Source of the DNA: Octopus sinensis
Lineage: Eukaryota
Assembly (NCBI RefSeq): GCF_006345805.1
Contig: NC_043002.1
Location: 37,014,001 to 37,078,000 of the forward strand
Direction: 5' to 3'
DNA length: 64,000 nucleotides
The translations under genes were made by a program, and so were the position numbers. How positions within the stretch are numbered: the stretch's first letter is position 1; each line of letters begins with the position of its first letter. The notes below the pieces were generated by a model. The model was not told where the DNA came from, searched no databases, and saw nothing but the letters and a program-made list of their open reading frames with translations. Shown here piece by piece: positions 1 to 13,539 of the stretch.

Positions 1-1609
1 ATGATTTAGAACAGATACCATAAGTAATTCTATCCTCCATCGTTGTCGTTGTCATCATCATCATTGTCATTGTCATCGCTGTTGCCGCCACCGCTGCCAC
101 CGTCATCGCTGCCACCGCCGTCATTGTCGTTTAACATCTGTTTTCCATGCAGACATGGGTTGGACTCAATCAGTTTGATTTCTTAGATTATGTTCTAAGC
201 ATCAACTTAATAATTACAAAGTTAATTACTTTACAAAATTACTCTAAATTCTTGATTATTTCCCAAAATTAGCTGAAATGTGTAGGCAGTTTCTAAAAAA
301 GATGTTACAAGTGACAAACTATTTGTTCTTGGAAGCCTCTGTGTGTGTTTACTTGACTTACTAGTAATAGCAGTCAAATATCTTTCAAATGACAGCAAAC
401 GTGGTGCAGAGTCACTCCACCCATAAATTTCATTAGAAATATGGTCAGAAAAAGGTTAAACCAACAAAAGACATGTAGTTCTGTTGTGAAAACAACTGAG
501 ATAATTAAATAAAATTTCAATGTAACCTTTGCTTTTTAAAAGATGGTAGTGTGTAATTAATAACTATTACTTCTCATAAGTTTAAGTGACTTATGTAGAA
601 ATTCCTATGTTCTTTTCTATTCTAGGCACAAAGTCTGAGATTTTGGGGGAGGGGGGGCAGTCGATTAGATCGACCCCAGTACACAACTGGTATGTAATTT
701 ATTGACCCTGAAAGGATGAAAGGCAATGTCGACCTTGGCGGAATTTGAATTCATAACGTAAAGACAGACAAAATACTGCTAAGTATTTTGCCTGGCATGC
801 TAACATTTCTGCCAGCTCATCACCTTATAGAGATTCCTATATTGACTAACAATAGTTTACAGCAATATACATGGCTGCAATATTTTCTAATAATTAAAAA
901 AAAAAAACATTTAAAATATTTGATAATGGATCGAACTGAAGTAATTTTTTTCTTGTGTGAAATACTTTACTTAATTGTCATTGATGGTATTTTACTGTGC
1001 ATGTAGGTAAAATCTTATAAGAGATCAAAAGTCAGCAACAAATTTCTAAATAGTTGCTTAAAAAGGGGTTACAAACTACATGCTATCTGCTATTATGAGC
1101 CTCTGTATATTTGCTTGATTTTCTAGAAATAGCAGCCAAATATCCCTCAAATCAAACTCTACATTCTCACCTTCACCCACACATTGATAAGACACAATGT
1201 CTGAAAAAAATAGGTAGTTTGGTCATGACTAGAATGCCTTTGATTGTTGTACATCTTACGTAATCAGGGATGATCTGAGCTAAACAACAATTCTTTCTAC
1301 TATAGGCACAAGGCTTGAAATTTTAAAGGCGGGACCTAATTGATTACATTGATCCTAGTGCTCAGCTGGTACTTATTTTAGTGACTTCAAAAAGATGATA
1401 GGCAAAGTTCATCTTGGTGGAATTTGAAATGCTGCTAAGTATTTTGCCCAGTGTGCTAATAATTCTGCCAGCTTACTGCCTTAACAACAACAACAATTAT
1501 ATTAAGATAATTGTTTGAATTTGTAGAAATGTCTAACCTCCAAACTGATATTGAACTTCTGTACTCTTAGAATAAAATCAAGCCTCTGAATTTGTTCTCA
1601 TATTTAATA

Positions 1610-2200
1610 TGTGCACTGGTTTGGTCATGTGATGAGTAAGGATATAAACAGTTGCATACAGAAGTGCCAGTCATTTAAAGTGGATGGAACTTAGGGAAGA
1701 GGGTGAGCCAGGAAGACATGGGATGAAGCACTGAAGGCTGATCTCAAGACACTGAGCCTTATGAAGGAGATGACAAAGGACCAAGTTATCTGGCTCCTTG
1801 CTGTACCCAAGAAGACTTCTATGCCACAGTAGAATTTGAAGCACTAATTTCCTAGGCTGGTGAGATAGATGTCATTAATGTTCCACTTGAATCTTTGCAG
1901 GAAAAGATATATGCAAAGAAAAAATTCCTTCTGAGAAGGAGACACTGAGCACAGTGACCAGTGCAGGACTGGAAGAAGAAGTTTGATGAAAAGGAGAGAG
2001 ACAAGTAGATCAGAAGTGAGTTAATGGAGGTATACAGCAGTTTGATACATGAAGACTAGTGGAATAAGGTACCTTACTTGAAAACATGTAAATGTTGGCT
2101 TCAGAAAGGGTAACTGACCATAGACTTCTACTCAAGAGGTTTCAACTGACCCATGCTAGCATGGGAAAAGTGGATGTAAAAAAAATGATAATGATGATGA
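1610..2200 (+). mobile_element. 5'-truncated RTE-clade LINE (RT C-terminus, 3' end, (GAT)n tail)
   Basis: Translation HWFGHVM...RKTWDEALKADLKTL with stops; 3' end CCATGCTAGCATGG...GATGATGA shared with many copies. Confidence 0.8.
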
Positions 2201-2263
2201 CCTAACTTCCATATTGTTATTGAAAACAAGACATACCTAATTAAATGCTAAATGTTAAAGCTA

Positions 2264-2383
2264 ACATACATACATACATACATACATACATACATACATA
2301 CATACATACATACATACATAAATACATACATACATACACACATACACATAAATATATGTATATATATATGTGTATATGTATAG

Positions 2384-2418
<35 letters not shown>

Positions 2419-2610
2419 TAGATAGATAGATAGATAGATATAGATAGATAAATATATATATATGTACATATATGTATACATATACATACATACATAGCTA
2501 CACACACACACACACATATATATGATGCTAAACAATGATGATGATGTATGCTATATATATGTATATACATACATATGTATATATGTATCTATCTCTCTAT
2601 CTATATGTAA

Positions 2611-2651
<41 letters not shown>

Positions 2652-2660
2652 CCAAACAGC
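2264..2660. repeat. Compound microsatellite (TACA)n/(TA)n/(TAGA)n/(CA)n
   Basis: Direct inspection; similar tracts at about 4315-4425, 5130-5340, 6945-7058, 33165-33410, 36040-36300, 54085-54350, 62520-62700. Confidence 0.97.
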
Positions 2661-4312
2661 CCAAAAGCAAGTGCCAGACAGGTTAAGTAAACTGTCAGTT
2701 ACTTGGTTTGATTGAATCCATTTTATCTGCTTTAATGAAACAATGTTTAAACGTGTGAAGAACAATTTTGTTTCTTGTGTCAGAAAATTATCTTTTGGCA
2801 ATATTCTCTAGCTTCTTACTTAATTTTCTGCCAGGATTTATTAAATTATCTATTTTCAGCACAGCTTGTTGCTAACTAAAATCTCTCTCTCAAGAAAAAA
2901 AGAAAAAAAAGAAAAAAGTTCTTTAGTTACTTTAGTTGTGTAACTTATGACATTTTTTAAAAAAGCAAAATTTTTTTTAGTTCTGCTTAACTAAAATAAA
3001 AAATAATAGTTACAATAAATAAAAGAAATTGTAAATAAATCATTATGATATATTTTACAATCAAATAATGAATGAATGGAATCAATTTTAATGAAAGTTT
3101 AAATCCAGGGACTGGGTGTTCTTGGCAAAAGTTTCATTTTGGTACAAGTCTGTAAGTCAACAATTAATTTTGTATAAAACTTGAAATTGGCTAAAAAAAA
3201 AATGATAAAATGAAAGTGTATAAAATAAAATAGAATAAAAATTGATTTCAAGCCAGAGGATTGATCTAAGGCAATGATTGATTAAAAATGAAAAGAAAGA
3301 GAGAGAATAAATAATAAAAAGAAAAAAATGAAAAGAAAATTAACTTTTGGGGGCTGTCAATGACTTGAGTTTTATTGAAACTTTCTGAAGATTGATTTTT
3401 TTTTTTTTTAAAGAAATGCTGATAGTAAGAGAAGGAGGCAGAAGGGATGGATAGGGGAAGAATTGATACAGGACCAAATATTGATGTTAAAAACTGTAAA
3501 GAGGGAAAATATATAAAGAAGGAAATTAATAACAGATGAGTGTGATGGTAAATGATCGCAGTGTTAATAATGATGGTCATAATACTATAGCGGTAGTGGT
3601 GGTGGTGGTGGTGGTGGTGGTGGTGTGGTGGTGGTGGTGGTGGTGGCAGTAGTAGTAGTATTAGTAGTATCAGAAAGGATATGATTATGAAAATGATAGT
3701 GGAAATGGCGATGGTAGTGTTGGTAATTGGGAAAAATGATGATGATGATGAAGAGGAGAATGGTGATGAAGAGAAGGACTTTACCGCTGATGTAGTTAAC
3801 AATGATGATAATGATAATGAAGATGATGATATTGATAATATCGATGACGATAATAGTAGTAGCAGTGGTAATGATAACAGCAGTGATAGCAAAGAGTAAG
3901 CAACACAAATGATGGTGTTGGTCATGATAGGTTATTATGATAGAGAATGGGATATGTTTGAACATATCTGAGGAAACATGATAGTGAAATGTAAAGAAGG
4001 TAGGTGCAATGGTGAGAGAAAACAAGGATGATTCTACAAGAGCAGCTAATGATATTTATCATTTTTATGACTGTTTTAACTCTTAACATGCTGGTTTGGC
4101 TTGCGTTAGATGTGTCCGATTGATAGCCTCTTGTTACTCTGCCCTATTACTTTTAAGACTTAGGATAACTGCCTTGTTTGGCATTTTCATTGGCTGACTT
4201 CACTGTTGTGATCTGATCACCACGAGCCACCAGCTGATGTAATTTTCCTCACATTTCACAAAATCTTAATCTTTCTTTGTAATCAGTTTCTAATATCTAA
4301 CATTTATTTCTC

Positions 4313-4394
<82 letters not shown>

Positions 4395-5337
4395 TATATA
4401 TGTGTATATGTATACATCTATATATGTAAAGATGTAGGCATGACTCTGTGATTCAGAAGCTTTCTTCTTAACCATCATGTCTCAGATTCAGTCCTTATGG
4501 CATGGCACCTAGGACAAGTGTCTTTTACCACAGCTTTGGGCAGACCAAAATCTTGTGCATGGATCTGAAAGAAGCCCATCACATATCATCATGATCATCA
4601 TCGTCATCATCATTTAACATTTGCTTTTCATGCTGGCATGGGTTGGACGGTTTGCAGAAGCTGGCAAGCCAGAAGACTGCACCAGGATTCACTGTTTTGG
4701 CATGTTTCTTATAGGTAGGCATCCTTCCTAATGCCAACCACCCTATACAGTAGACTGAGTGCTTTTTACATGGCATATGTATATATATATATATATGTAC
4801 GTTTGCATGTGTGTATTTATGAGTATCCTTGTCTTGACATCTTGAGGTGGTTGTAAATGAGTATTTCCATCTGACCCATGCAAGCTTGGAAAACAATTAT
4901 GATAATGATAATGATGACATATAAAAAAAAATCATCTAGTATACTCTGTTAAGTGGTTGGTGTTAGGATGGATATCCAGCCATAGAATCCATGACAAAAG
5001 TTGTCAATAGAGCTTGGTGCAGTCCTCTGGTTTGCCAACTCTGTCCGACCAACCAACTCTTGCCAGCAGGGATAACAGACATTAAATGATGCTGATCATT
5101 AATTAATTAATTAATTCATTCATTCATTCATTCATCCATTCATTCCTTCCTTCCTTCATACATGCATGCATGCATGCATACATACATACATACATACATA
5201 CATACATACATACATACATACATACATACATACATACATACATACATACATACATACATACATACATACATAAATACATACATACATGCATGCATACATA
5301 CATTCATACATACATACATACATGCATACACACATAC

Positions 5338-5625
5338 ATAAAATCAGCTGCCCAGCAGATATTAACATAAAGCTGAAGATCAATGAAAAAGAGAATGCCT
5401 ATGTTGACCTATTGAGAAATTTACAGTTTCTCTGTCCAGATTACAAGTACAGGTTTATACCTGTAACTATTGAGGCCCAGGGATATGTAATACACTGCCT
5501 AAATACCGATCTTGAGAAATTAGGCTTCTCAAAACCAGAAAGGAGAAAGCTGATTCGAAGACTATAGATGCAAGCCATCACTGGAACTGTAAAAATCTGT
5601 AAAACGTTCTAGAAGTTTGTCATTT
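5338..5625 (+). mobile_element. 3' fragment of an RLE-type non-LTR retrotransposon (R2/R4/NeSL-like endonuclease region)
   Basis: ISCPADINIKLKINEKENAYVDL...YRFIPVTIEAQG resembles the C-terminal restriction-like endonuclease region; stops near the end. Confidence 0.65.
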
Positions 5626-5940
5626 AAGTATATATGACCATGTTTGGATATACAAGTATATACATGAGAAGACGTCATCATCATCATCATTTAACATCCG
5701 TTTTCCGTGCTAGCACGAGTTGGACGGTTCGACAGGGGTCTGGGAAGCCAGGAGGCTGCACCAGGCTCCAGTCTGATCTGGCAGTGTTTCTACAGCTGGA
5801 TGCTTCTTTCAGTTTCTAATAACCAGATGCACTCTAAGGCTTTAGTTGCCCTGCGGCTATAGTAGAAGACACTTGCCCAAAGTGCCACACTGGGACTGAG
5901 CTCCAAACCATGTGGTTGGAAAGCAAGCTTATTCCCACAC

Positions 5941-5975
<35 letters not shown>

Positions 5976-6867
5976 AATGAATACATTGTCTCTTGCACAT
6001 CTGACCCGCAAGAATTAGGAGACAAAGCATCTCAAACCACATCTCATTTTTCATAAAGTATGAGAAAGGTTACAGTATAATATATTTCTATGTGGGGATA
6101 GGCATAGCTGGATGGTTTTGATCATAGATTTGCCCATTGAAAGCCGACTTGAGGCTAAAACAACAACGACAACAACAACACAACAATAACAACAACATGA
6201 AAATGGGAAATAGGAAGTATTTATATGGTAAAGGTATGTCTGATTATATATGCTTCCATTTAACTTCTATGTAGCCCAGTACAATCTCTTACATGATTAG
6301 ACAGTCAGCAGCCAATCTGACATTAATCCTCACCCAGTTTACTGTGTAAAAATAAATGTGGAACAGAAGCAAATTGAAATAAAATATAAACCTGCCAAAG
6401 AATAGAAGAACCTCTCATAAGAGAGAAGACACCAGTGAGCCCCCAACATACGTAGAAATTAGACAGACACCATCAGGTTATCTGTATTTGGGGGGGGGGG
6501 GAAACTACTCGATATTGATAATGATGTAGCTAAACTTAGGCATAGCTGTGTGGTTAAGATGCTTGCTTTGCAACCATGTGGTTGCTGGTTCACTTCTACT
6601 GTGTGGAACCTTGGGAAAGAATCTTCTACTATAACCCCTGGCTGACCAATGACTTATGAGTAAATCTGGCAGATGGAAACTATGTGGAAACCAGTTGCAT
6701 GTGTGTGTGTGTGTATACATCATCTATCTGAAAAAGAAGCACTAAACATAAAGCAGTAATGCATTTATAAGTAGCAGAGTCTATGTTCAGTCATAGAGTG
6801 ACCAATGGTTTCACATTCACAAAAGCCTTAGCCAGATGTGACATGAGTTACTTTTGACTTCAGCTTT

Positions 6868-6912
6868 AGAGTCTGATGAGACTTTGTGGATGTAAAACCA
6901 TTGGTCCACTCT
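6868..6912 (+). ncRNA. Degenerate hammerhead-like motif in a fold-back element
   Basis: AGAGT CTGATGA GAC TTTGTGGA TGT AAAA CCATTGG TC CACTCT; the opposite arm keeps GAAA CCATTGG TC ACTCT. Confidence 0.5.
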
Positions 6913-6941
6913 ATGACCAAACATAGACTCAACTACTCATA

Positions 6942-7048
<107 letters not shown>

Positions 7049-7058
7049 ATATATATAT

Positions 7059-7371
7059 GTGGAGGCGCAATGGCCCAGTGGTTAGGGCAGCAGACTCGCG
7101 GTCGTAGGATCGTGGTTTTGATTCCCAGGCTGGGCGTTGTAAGTGTTTATTGAGCGAAAAAGCATAAAGCTCCACGAAGCTCCGGCAGGGGGTAGTGGCG
7201 ACCCCTGTTGTACTCTTTCGCCACAATTTTCTCTCACTCTTTCTTCTGTTGGCCTGCTTGCTTAGCCAGCGGGGTGGCGTCATTTGAAGGCTAAAACAAT
7301 GCAAAGCGCATTGTGACTAGCGATGTTTAGCAACATCTGATAGCCTGGTCAATCACGGTGATCACGGTGAT
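7059..7371 (+). mobile_element. tRNA-derived SINE family D
   Basis: Head TGGCCCAGTGG (A box) and GGTTTTGATTCCC (B-box-like); head shared with 43924 and 37815. Confidence 0.8.
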
Positions 7372-7522
7372 ATATATATACATTAATATCTTGCTATGGC
7401 ATTGCAATACAAATAACTTGGAGTAGAACTAAATGCACATATGCTTCAGAATAGGCGAGTACAGAACGGTAATAAGAAATTAAGATGACATTAGAATAAA
7501 CAATTATCTTATGAACTTCATT

Positions 7523-7603
7523 GGCTTACAGCTGTTTCTGCAATGAGATGCAGTTGACTCATAGCTGAGTGTCTAAGTATCACCTTATAGCTTCATCAGA
7601 GCT
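7523..7603 (-). ncRNA. Hammerhead-like motif in a fold-back element
   Basis: Minus strand: AGCT CTGATGA A GCTATAAG...CTCATTGC A GAAA CAGCTG TA AGCC; palindrome ACAGCTGT; GUA; stem II partly decayed. Confidence 0.5.
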
Positions 7604-7727
7604 TTAAGCATTGAGTCCGCTGCATCTTATAGCAGAAATTGATGTAAGCTAATGAAGTTCACAAGATAGTTGTTTATTCCTTTGTCATTTCAATTTCTTA
7701 TATATATGTATATGTATATATATATAA

Positions 7728-8150
7728 CATCATCATCGTTTAACGTCTGCTTTCCATGCTAGCATGGGTTGGACGGTTCAACCGGGGATCTGGGAAGCCA
7801 GAAGGCTGCACCAGGCTCCAGTCTTATCTGGCAATGTTTCTACAGCTGGATGCCCTTTCTAACGCCGACCACTCTGTGAGTGTAGTGGGTGCTTTTTACG
7901 TGCCACCTGCACAGGTGCCAGGCGAGGCTGGCAACGGCCACGGTCGGATTGGTGCATTTTACGTGCCACCGGCACAGAAGCCAGTCGAGGCGGCGCTGGC
8001 ATCGGCCACGATTCGAATAGTGCTTTTTACGTACCACCAGTCCAGGGGTCCTGGCATCTGCTGGGTGCCAGTCATAGGATTGGTTCAATTCCGATTTCGA
8101 TTTCGACTTCGATTTCACTTGCCCCAACAGGTCTTCGCAAGCAAAGGGGG
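7728..8150 (-). repeat. RTE-LINE 3'-end family copy; further copies about 4590-4780(-), 4940-5095(+), 5675-5805(-), 8740-9055(+), 10080-10240(+), 24720-25020(-), 32040-32310(+), 37340-37440(+), 38370-38512(+), 48150-48350(-), 50980-51140(+), 60440-60655(-)
   Basis: Shared CATCATCGTTTAACGTCCGCTTTCCATGCTAGCATGGGTTGGACGG...GCTGGATGCCCTTCCTAA. Confidence 0.85.
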
Positions 8151-8235
8151 GTTGGCATATATATGTATATATCAAGTTAAATGAAGAGTGGGAAGTTTAA
8201 TAATTATTTATTATTGACAAATTGGCCATCTTTAC

Positions 8236-8331
8236 TTCTTACAGCCATTTCAATTAATACTCAATAATTCAATTACAAATTTGTGCATTAAATTTACATT
8301 TATTTGACATGACCATAATTTCATCAGAGAA
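8236..8331 (-). ncRNA. Hammerhead-like motif with a long stem II insert
   Basis: Minus strand: TTCT CTGATGA AATTA...TAATT GAAA TGGCTG TA AGAA. Confidence 0.5.
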
Positions 8332-8417
8332 AAAAGTCACACTTTGAGTCTGCTGAAATGAACTGATAGGTTGGTATGTAACATCTGAAGGTATATCAAG
8401 GGAAGACGATATATATA

Positions 8418-8463
<46 letters not shown>

Positions 8464-10440
8464 AATCCTTGTGGCTTAGTCGTTTAGCAAAGGTTTAGAG
8501 TAAGTACCAGGCTTTATGAAAATAATAAGTAGTAGGGCAATTTTTTGGCTAAACTCTTCAAGACAGTGCCTCAACATAGTCACAGACTAATGACAGTAAC
8601 AAATAAAAGTTAAAAGGTACCAGATATATAAAAAATTGTGATGAGATATTGTTCCATTTGTTCTGTCCCTAAAGTGGCTGAATTCCTTTTGAGCATTGGG
8701 CCTCACAAAGGCAATGACAAAGATCTTTGGCATTATGTCATGCTTGAGAAGAAGACCCATCAAGTCAAGCAAAATTGCAGTCATGGCAGATACTGGTGTC
8801 ACATAAACTGGCACCTGTGCCAGTGGTACATAAATTGCACCCCAGTGTCACACAAAGAGCCACCGTGCAGGTAGCACATAAAAGCACCCATTATACTCTC
8901 AGTGCAGTTGGCATTAGGAAGGGCATCCAGCTGTAGAAAACCATGCCAAATCTGACTGGTGTCTAGTGCAGCCTTCCAGCATGCCAGCCCAGTCAAACCA
9001 TTTGACCTAGCATGGACAAAGGACATTAAATGATGATGATGATGATTTTGATGATGATAATGTGGAATTACATCAGAGAATGAAATACAGTTGGTGAAAT
9101 ATTAAATATTTTCTCATTTCATGATATACTTTTTGTATACATTTTGTATTGACTCTTGATAATGCTGACAACTTCTTAATTTATTTCTAGGAATTCTATT
9201 TAGTTTGCATTGTTGCTAAGTCTTATATTTTTAAGTCATAATAGTCACTGCTTGCCCCTGCCCACCCACTTTCTTGTTAGTATTAGGGCCAGGTCTCTGA
9301 TTTGAGGCTGTCTTCCTCAACTAGTTTCGAAGGCCCTGGGAAAAGATTAAGGAGCCATAGACACTGATTTACTCTCTCAGACTAAATGGCAAAAAGGAAA
9401 GTAACGTAGCTTAGTAGCTTTTCTCTCCTGTTGCTGTTGTTATTGTTATTGCTGTGTGTGTGTGTGTGTGTGTGTGTGTTGTGTGTTGTGTGTGTGTGTG
9501 TGTGAGAGACAGAAAGAGAGATAGCAATGAAAAGTGACAAATGATTAGAGACTATGCTGAGACACACCCAATATGAAAAAGAAGGATGCCAGTTGATCAT
9601 GATGAAGACAACCATGATGATGAGGCTGTTGAGGATAATGTAATGTTTTATATTATTGTTAACTTATTTAGATTGTTGCAAACTACTGAACCTGAAGTGG
9701 CAGGAGCTGTGTGGGTTACACTGCATGTTAGTTTCATTGTGTGCCTATTGTCAGAATGTGTGACGAATGTGTGATGAAGTGTATTATTTTGAATAGTTTA
9801 AACATTTTTGCAACTTGTAACAAATGAAATCAAGAGCTGAACTGGAATGGAAGCACTGTTTGAAAACTTGCATCAGATTATCTTTATTTGATTAAATGAT
9901 AAATGAAGTGCTGATGAGAATTCTGAGTGCTAAATCATTTCCATTAATTGGGATAATGATACTTTGCTATGGAGGAGAGAATGTCAAATTAAATAAGCCA
10001 GTATTTTACATCCAGTTTCTTGTCAATAGTCCTTGGTCATGTATTTATGGTAACATGACTAGTGCTGGTGCTATGAAAAAAGTACTCTGTATATGTTTGG
10101 AAATTAGGAAGAACATCCAGTCATAGAAACTATGCCAAAACAGACATAGGAGCATGGTGCAGTTGTCAGGCTCATCAGATTCTACCCAACTGTCCAGCCT
10201 GTGTCAGAAGGAAAGATGGACATTAAAAGCTGATGATGAACAATTCTTGGGTTAAATGTTTAACTGAATGATAAATGTAAAAGATTTTTTCCCTTTGAAT
10301 TTAAACTGAATGCTTCTTTCTTGATCTGATTTTCAGAAAATTGCATTTATTTATTGATATTATTTTGATATACAGAGTAAAAACTTAATAGTACATAAAA
10401 AACACTGTGGGACAAGAATGGAAAAAAAAAGCACTCTTAC

Positions 10441-10592
10441 CTTAATACTACAATAAATCCGTCAAATAAATTGAACCCGTCACTAATATATCCAAAAAGA
10501 CCATATGCTGCAACTTTGAGCAGCATCTCAACAGCAAAAAGAAAACTGAAGACTATATTGCTGTATTCTAATGCTTGTGTCAATTCTTCTGG
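10441..10592 (-). CDS. Cav3: Cav3 coding exon, domain II S2-S3 (152 nt, phase 0-2): [50 protein letters not shown](S)
   Basis: Acceptor ttttatttgcag|CCAGAA, donor TTAAG|gtaaga. The peptide matches the Cav3 pattern [41 protein letters not shown].IVVIS. Confidence 0.96.
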
Positions 10593-11239
10593 CTGCAAAT
10601 AAAATATGAAAAGTGAGAAATAAATAACAAAAATGTAAAAGTGTATTGTGTATGTTTTATGAAAGGATAGAATCTTTGTCACATCAAAAATTAAATAATT
10701 AACAAAATTACCATTACATCAAATGAAATTACAAGTATTTCATCATAAATTAATGGATAAAGAAATCTATATTTATTTGGCACGTTCAAAATTTGCTTTA
10801 TGTAAAGATCAATAAAAAGAGATTTGTACAATTTTATGAGGACATCGTTTTATAGAAAATGTGTAGATTTTATGTTGTATTGACTCTAAGACCTCAGTGC
10901 AGAATAAAGAAAGTTTGTATAGATTGGAAGGGAATAAAATACAGGTGAATGTATAATGAGAATTTAAGAAAATTTGGTTAAAGAAACTGATGCAAATTAA
11001 AAGTATTGCTTCTCCTCAAAAATGAAAGGTGCTGATAACTGAGGTATTGAAACTATCCAGATATGTAAGTCATGTGCTATTTAATAATATTATTAACCAT
11101 GTTGTTATTATTGTGCTATCATTAATAACTGGCAGAACAGTGTCATTGTTAATAACTACAAGAGTAACAAAGATTAACTGGACAGATACAATTATAAATA
11201 TATCAAACTGTTGTAATATGATATGAAAGTGTCTGAGAT

Positions 11240-12540
11240 TGCTTTTAGCAAAATGAGTTCTGGATGGATAGATCTATATAACATCCACTTTGGTGGTGGA
11301 ACAGCACATCCTTTATTTAGTGAAATATCTGTAAGAGAAGTTCTTTGCTAAAGAAAAACTACTTCTTTGTATTTGACAATCTTGCAGAAGCTTTGGACAG
11401 AGTCTCATATGTTGTAATCGGGTGGGTGCTAAGTGTGCATGAATAGATTATGAGTGTCATGATGTTATTAAAGAAAGTGTTACTATCAAGGCCCTAGTCA
11501 GGGGTGAGTTCAGTGAGAAATTTATTGTATACAGAGAAGTGCTCAGCAGAACTCATCGTCTATTATAGCTCTTGAATCTATAATTTAAGATTTGTATGTT
11601 GATGACCAGGTTTTTACAGAAAAATCTAGCAAAAAGTTACAAAAATGTCTCATGGTCTAGAGTCCAATGGTCCAAAAGACAACTTGGCAAACATCATGTA
11701 GGGAAAGAGTTGGTAGGAACTGGATATTGTGTACTTAGTGTTAGAAATGAAACACAAAGTATAGTGACAGGGAATTAAAACTTTGGCTGTATTAAATGCA
11801 CAGAAATAGTTATCAGTAAGAAATGAAGATGATGGACAGTTTGGATAGCTAACTAGATGTAGCTTATAATTTATGTTATTTGGATGGAGGGAAAAAGTTT
11901 ACTGTGTTAGGAAGGGATGGAAAAGTTCAGGGACATGTTTCATTTACTGATAATAAAGACTTGCTCTTTGGATGTGAATGGAGGAGGTATGATGTATGAA
12001 AAGATTGATACCACAGCACATTGTGATGTGGACATTGTATATGTAAGATCTGTACAAGCTGGAGAGAGCTGTATGTATAATGGATGCTTAAAATTAATCT
12101 GCATGAAAAGTGGAGAACAGTAAGATTAGAAAGTAACTGAACATTAAAGGTAGATGCTAAAATATGCTGCCTATACACCTATATTGGCATGGACATTTAA
12201 TACATATATAGATGATTAATGTGAAATGAAGAATTGCTCTCTGCTGTTGGTGAAATATTTGAAGAAGAGAAATAAATTCTAAGATATGGGATTATATTTA
12301 AATCTTTGGACTTTAGAGAATACATGATGATAAATTGACAAAATGCTGTACAGCATATCTACTTAACCCAGAAGGGAAAATCAACAACAAAACACTTATA
12401 ATGGTGACTATGAAGACCTAGAACAACTAGATGAAAGAAAGCATAGGTTTGATCATACTCAAACTGCTTTAAGAAAATATTGATGGAATGTCTGTGCTGA
12501 GGGGCAGTTTAAAATGTGGTTGAGAGTAAATCTTGATCAA
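11240..12540 (+). mobile_element. Old RTE-like LINE RT remnant
   Basis: FVFDNLAEALDRVSYVVIGWVL resembles the RTE motif FVDLEKAFDRV..EVIWWAL; heavily decayed, ends approximate. Confidence 0.55.
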
Positions 12541-13539
12541 CCAGTTTGGACAACAAATTGATTGTATATAGAGTTAAATTTAGAATGATTCTGTTATTTA
12601 GAACTATTAAAATTATGGAATTAAATAATTAAATGAAAATTATTACTGCACAAATGATTTGTAAAGGTAAATTTTTGACACCCACTATCAACTTTGCAAA
12701 TGTAAAATAATAACTCCAAAAATTCGATGGGCACAGTTTGTTGCCATAGTCTCAACTACTTACTGGCAAACTCCCCACTGAACACATCTACAACACTTAG
12801 AACACTACTGCAATTCTATACTAAAGCACTCTCTTTCCAAAAAATTCAACAGCCTCATTACTTTTATTTCTGAGAACTAATAAAAACAGATAACTATCAA
12901 CTGCTTTGTGCCCACCACCAACATTTACTGGCATAGAAATAGAATTGTGGAGAGAGCATAAAATGTTCAGACTGCAGTCAAAGTCAAGATTGTATAATAA
13001 ATATTACCTCTATGTTAATTTATTTCATTTCATAAATAGTAGTTGAAACTCTTGTTTAGTTTTGAGGCAAGCCCTTATTGGAGATGTAGTCAAATCCTAT
13101 TTTATGGACTCAACCATGTTCTAAAATAAGTCGAAAGGTAAGCTACTATAAATCGGCACGAACTTTCTGGACAACCCAATAGTTTTAAAAATAGTGAAAA
13201 GTTTCACAAATAACTGTCACTATTAAACTAATGTTTAGAACATAAATTAGCTGAAATTTTGGTGGAATATTTTAACTTAAATTACTTTAAAACTATAGGT
13301 TTGTATCATGGAACCAGGGATGGCTTCAGGTGGGCTGCTATCAAAACATTTTGCTGCTCTTTTTAGAGAGTTTGAGTAGCCACTAAGAGGTTTGAGTGTT
13401 GACTTGTTGAAACTCTGCTTTTTGATGACAATAGTGATGATTACATTGATGAAACTGAGTCTGTGTTGTTAATTCTAATTTTCTATTATGAATATTAATA
13501 TGGACTTTATTGGGAATTAAAAGTTGGCACCATTATTAA

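Noticed and set aside
7059-7135. tRNA-like sequences at SINE heads (also 35530-35606, 42062-42205, 43924-44000)
   Set aside because: No complete cloverleaf, and each continues into a repeat body; treated as SINE heads, not tRNA genes.
9300-9345. Minus-strand GAAA CTAG TT GAGG, resembling a hammerhead 3' half
   Set aside because: No matching CTGANGA strand with a complementary stem I found nearby.
10437-10682. ORF 10437-10682 and ORF 55046-55372 as complete genes
   Set aside because: Their starts and ends are intronic; only 10441-10592 and 55078-55290 lie between splice sites.
11927-12178. Minus-strand 83-aa ORF
   Set aside because: Antisense to a decayed RTE-like region; no recognisable motif.
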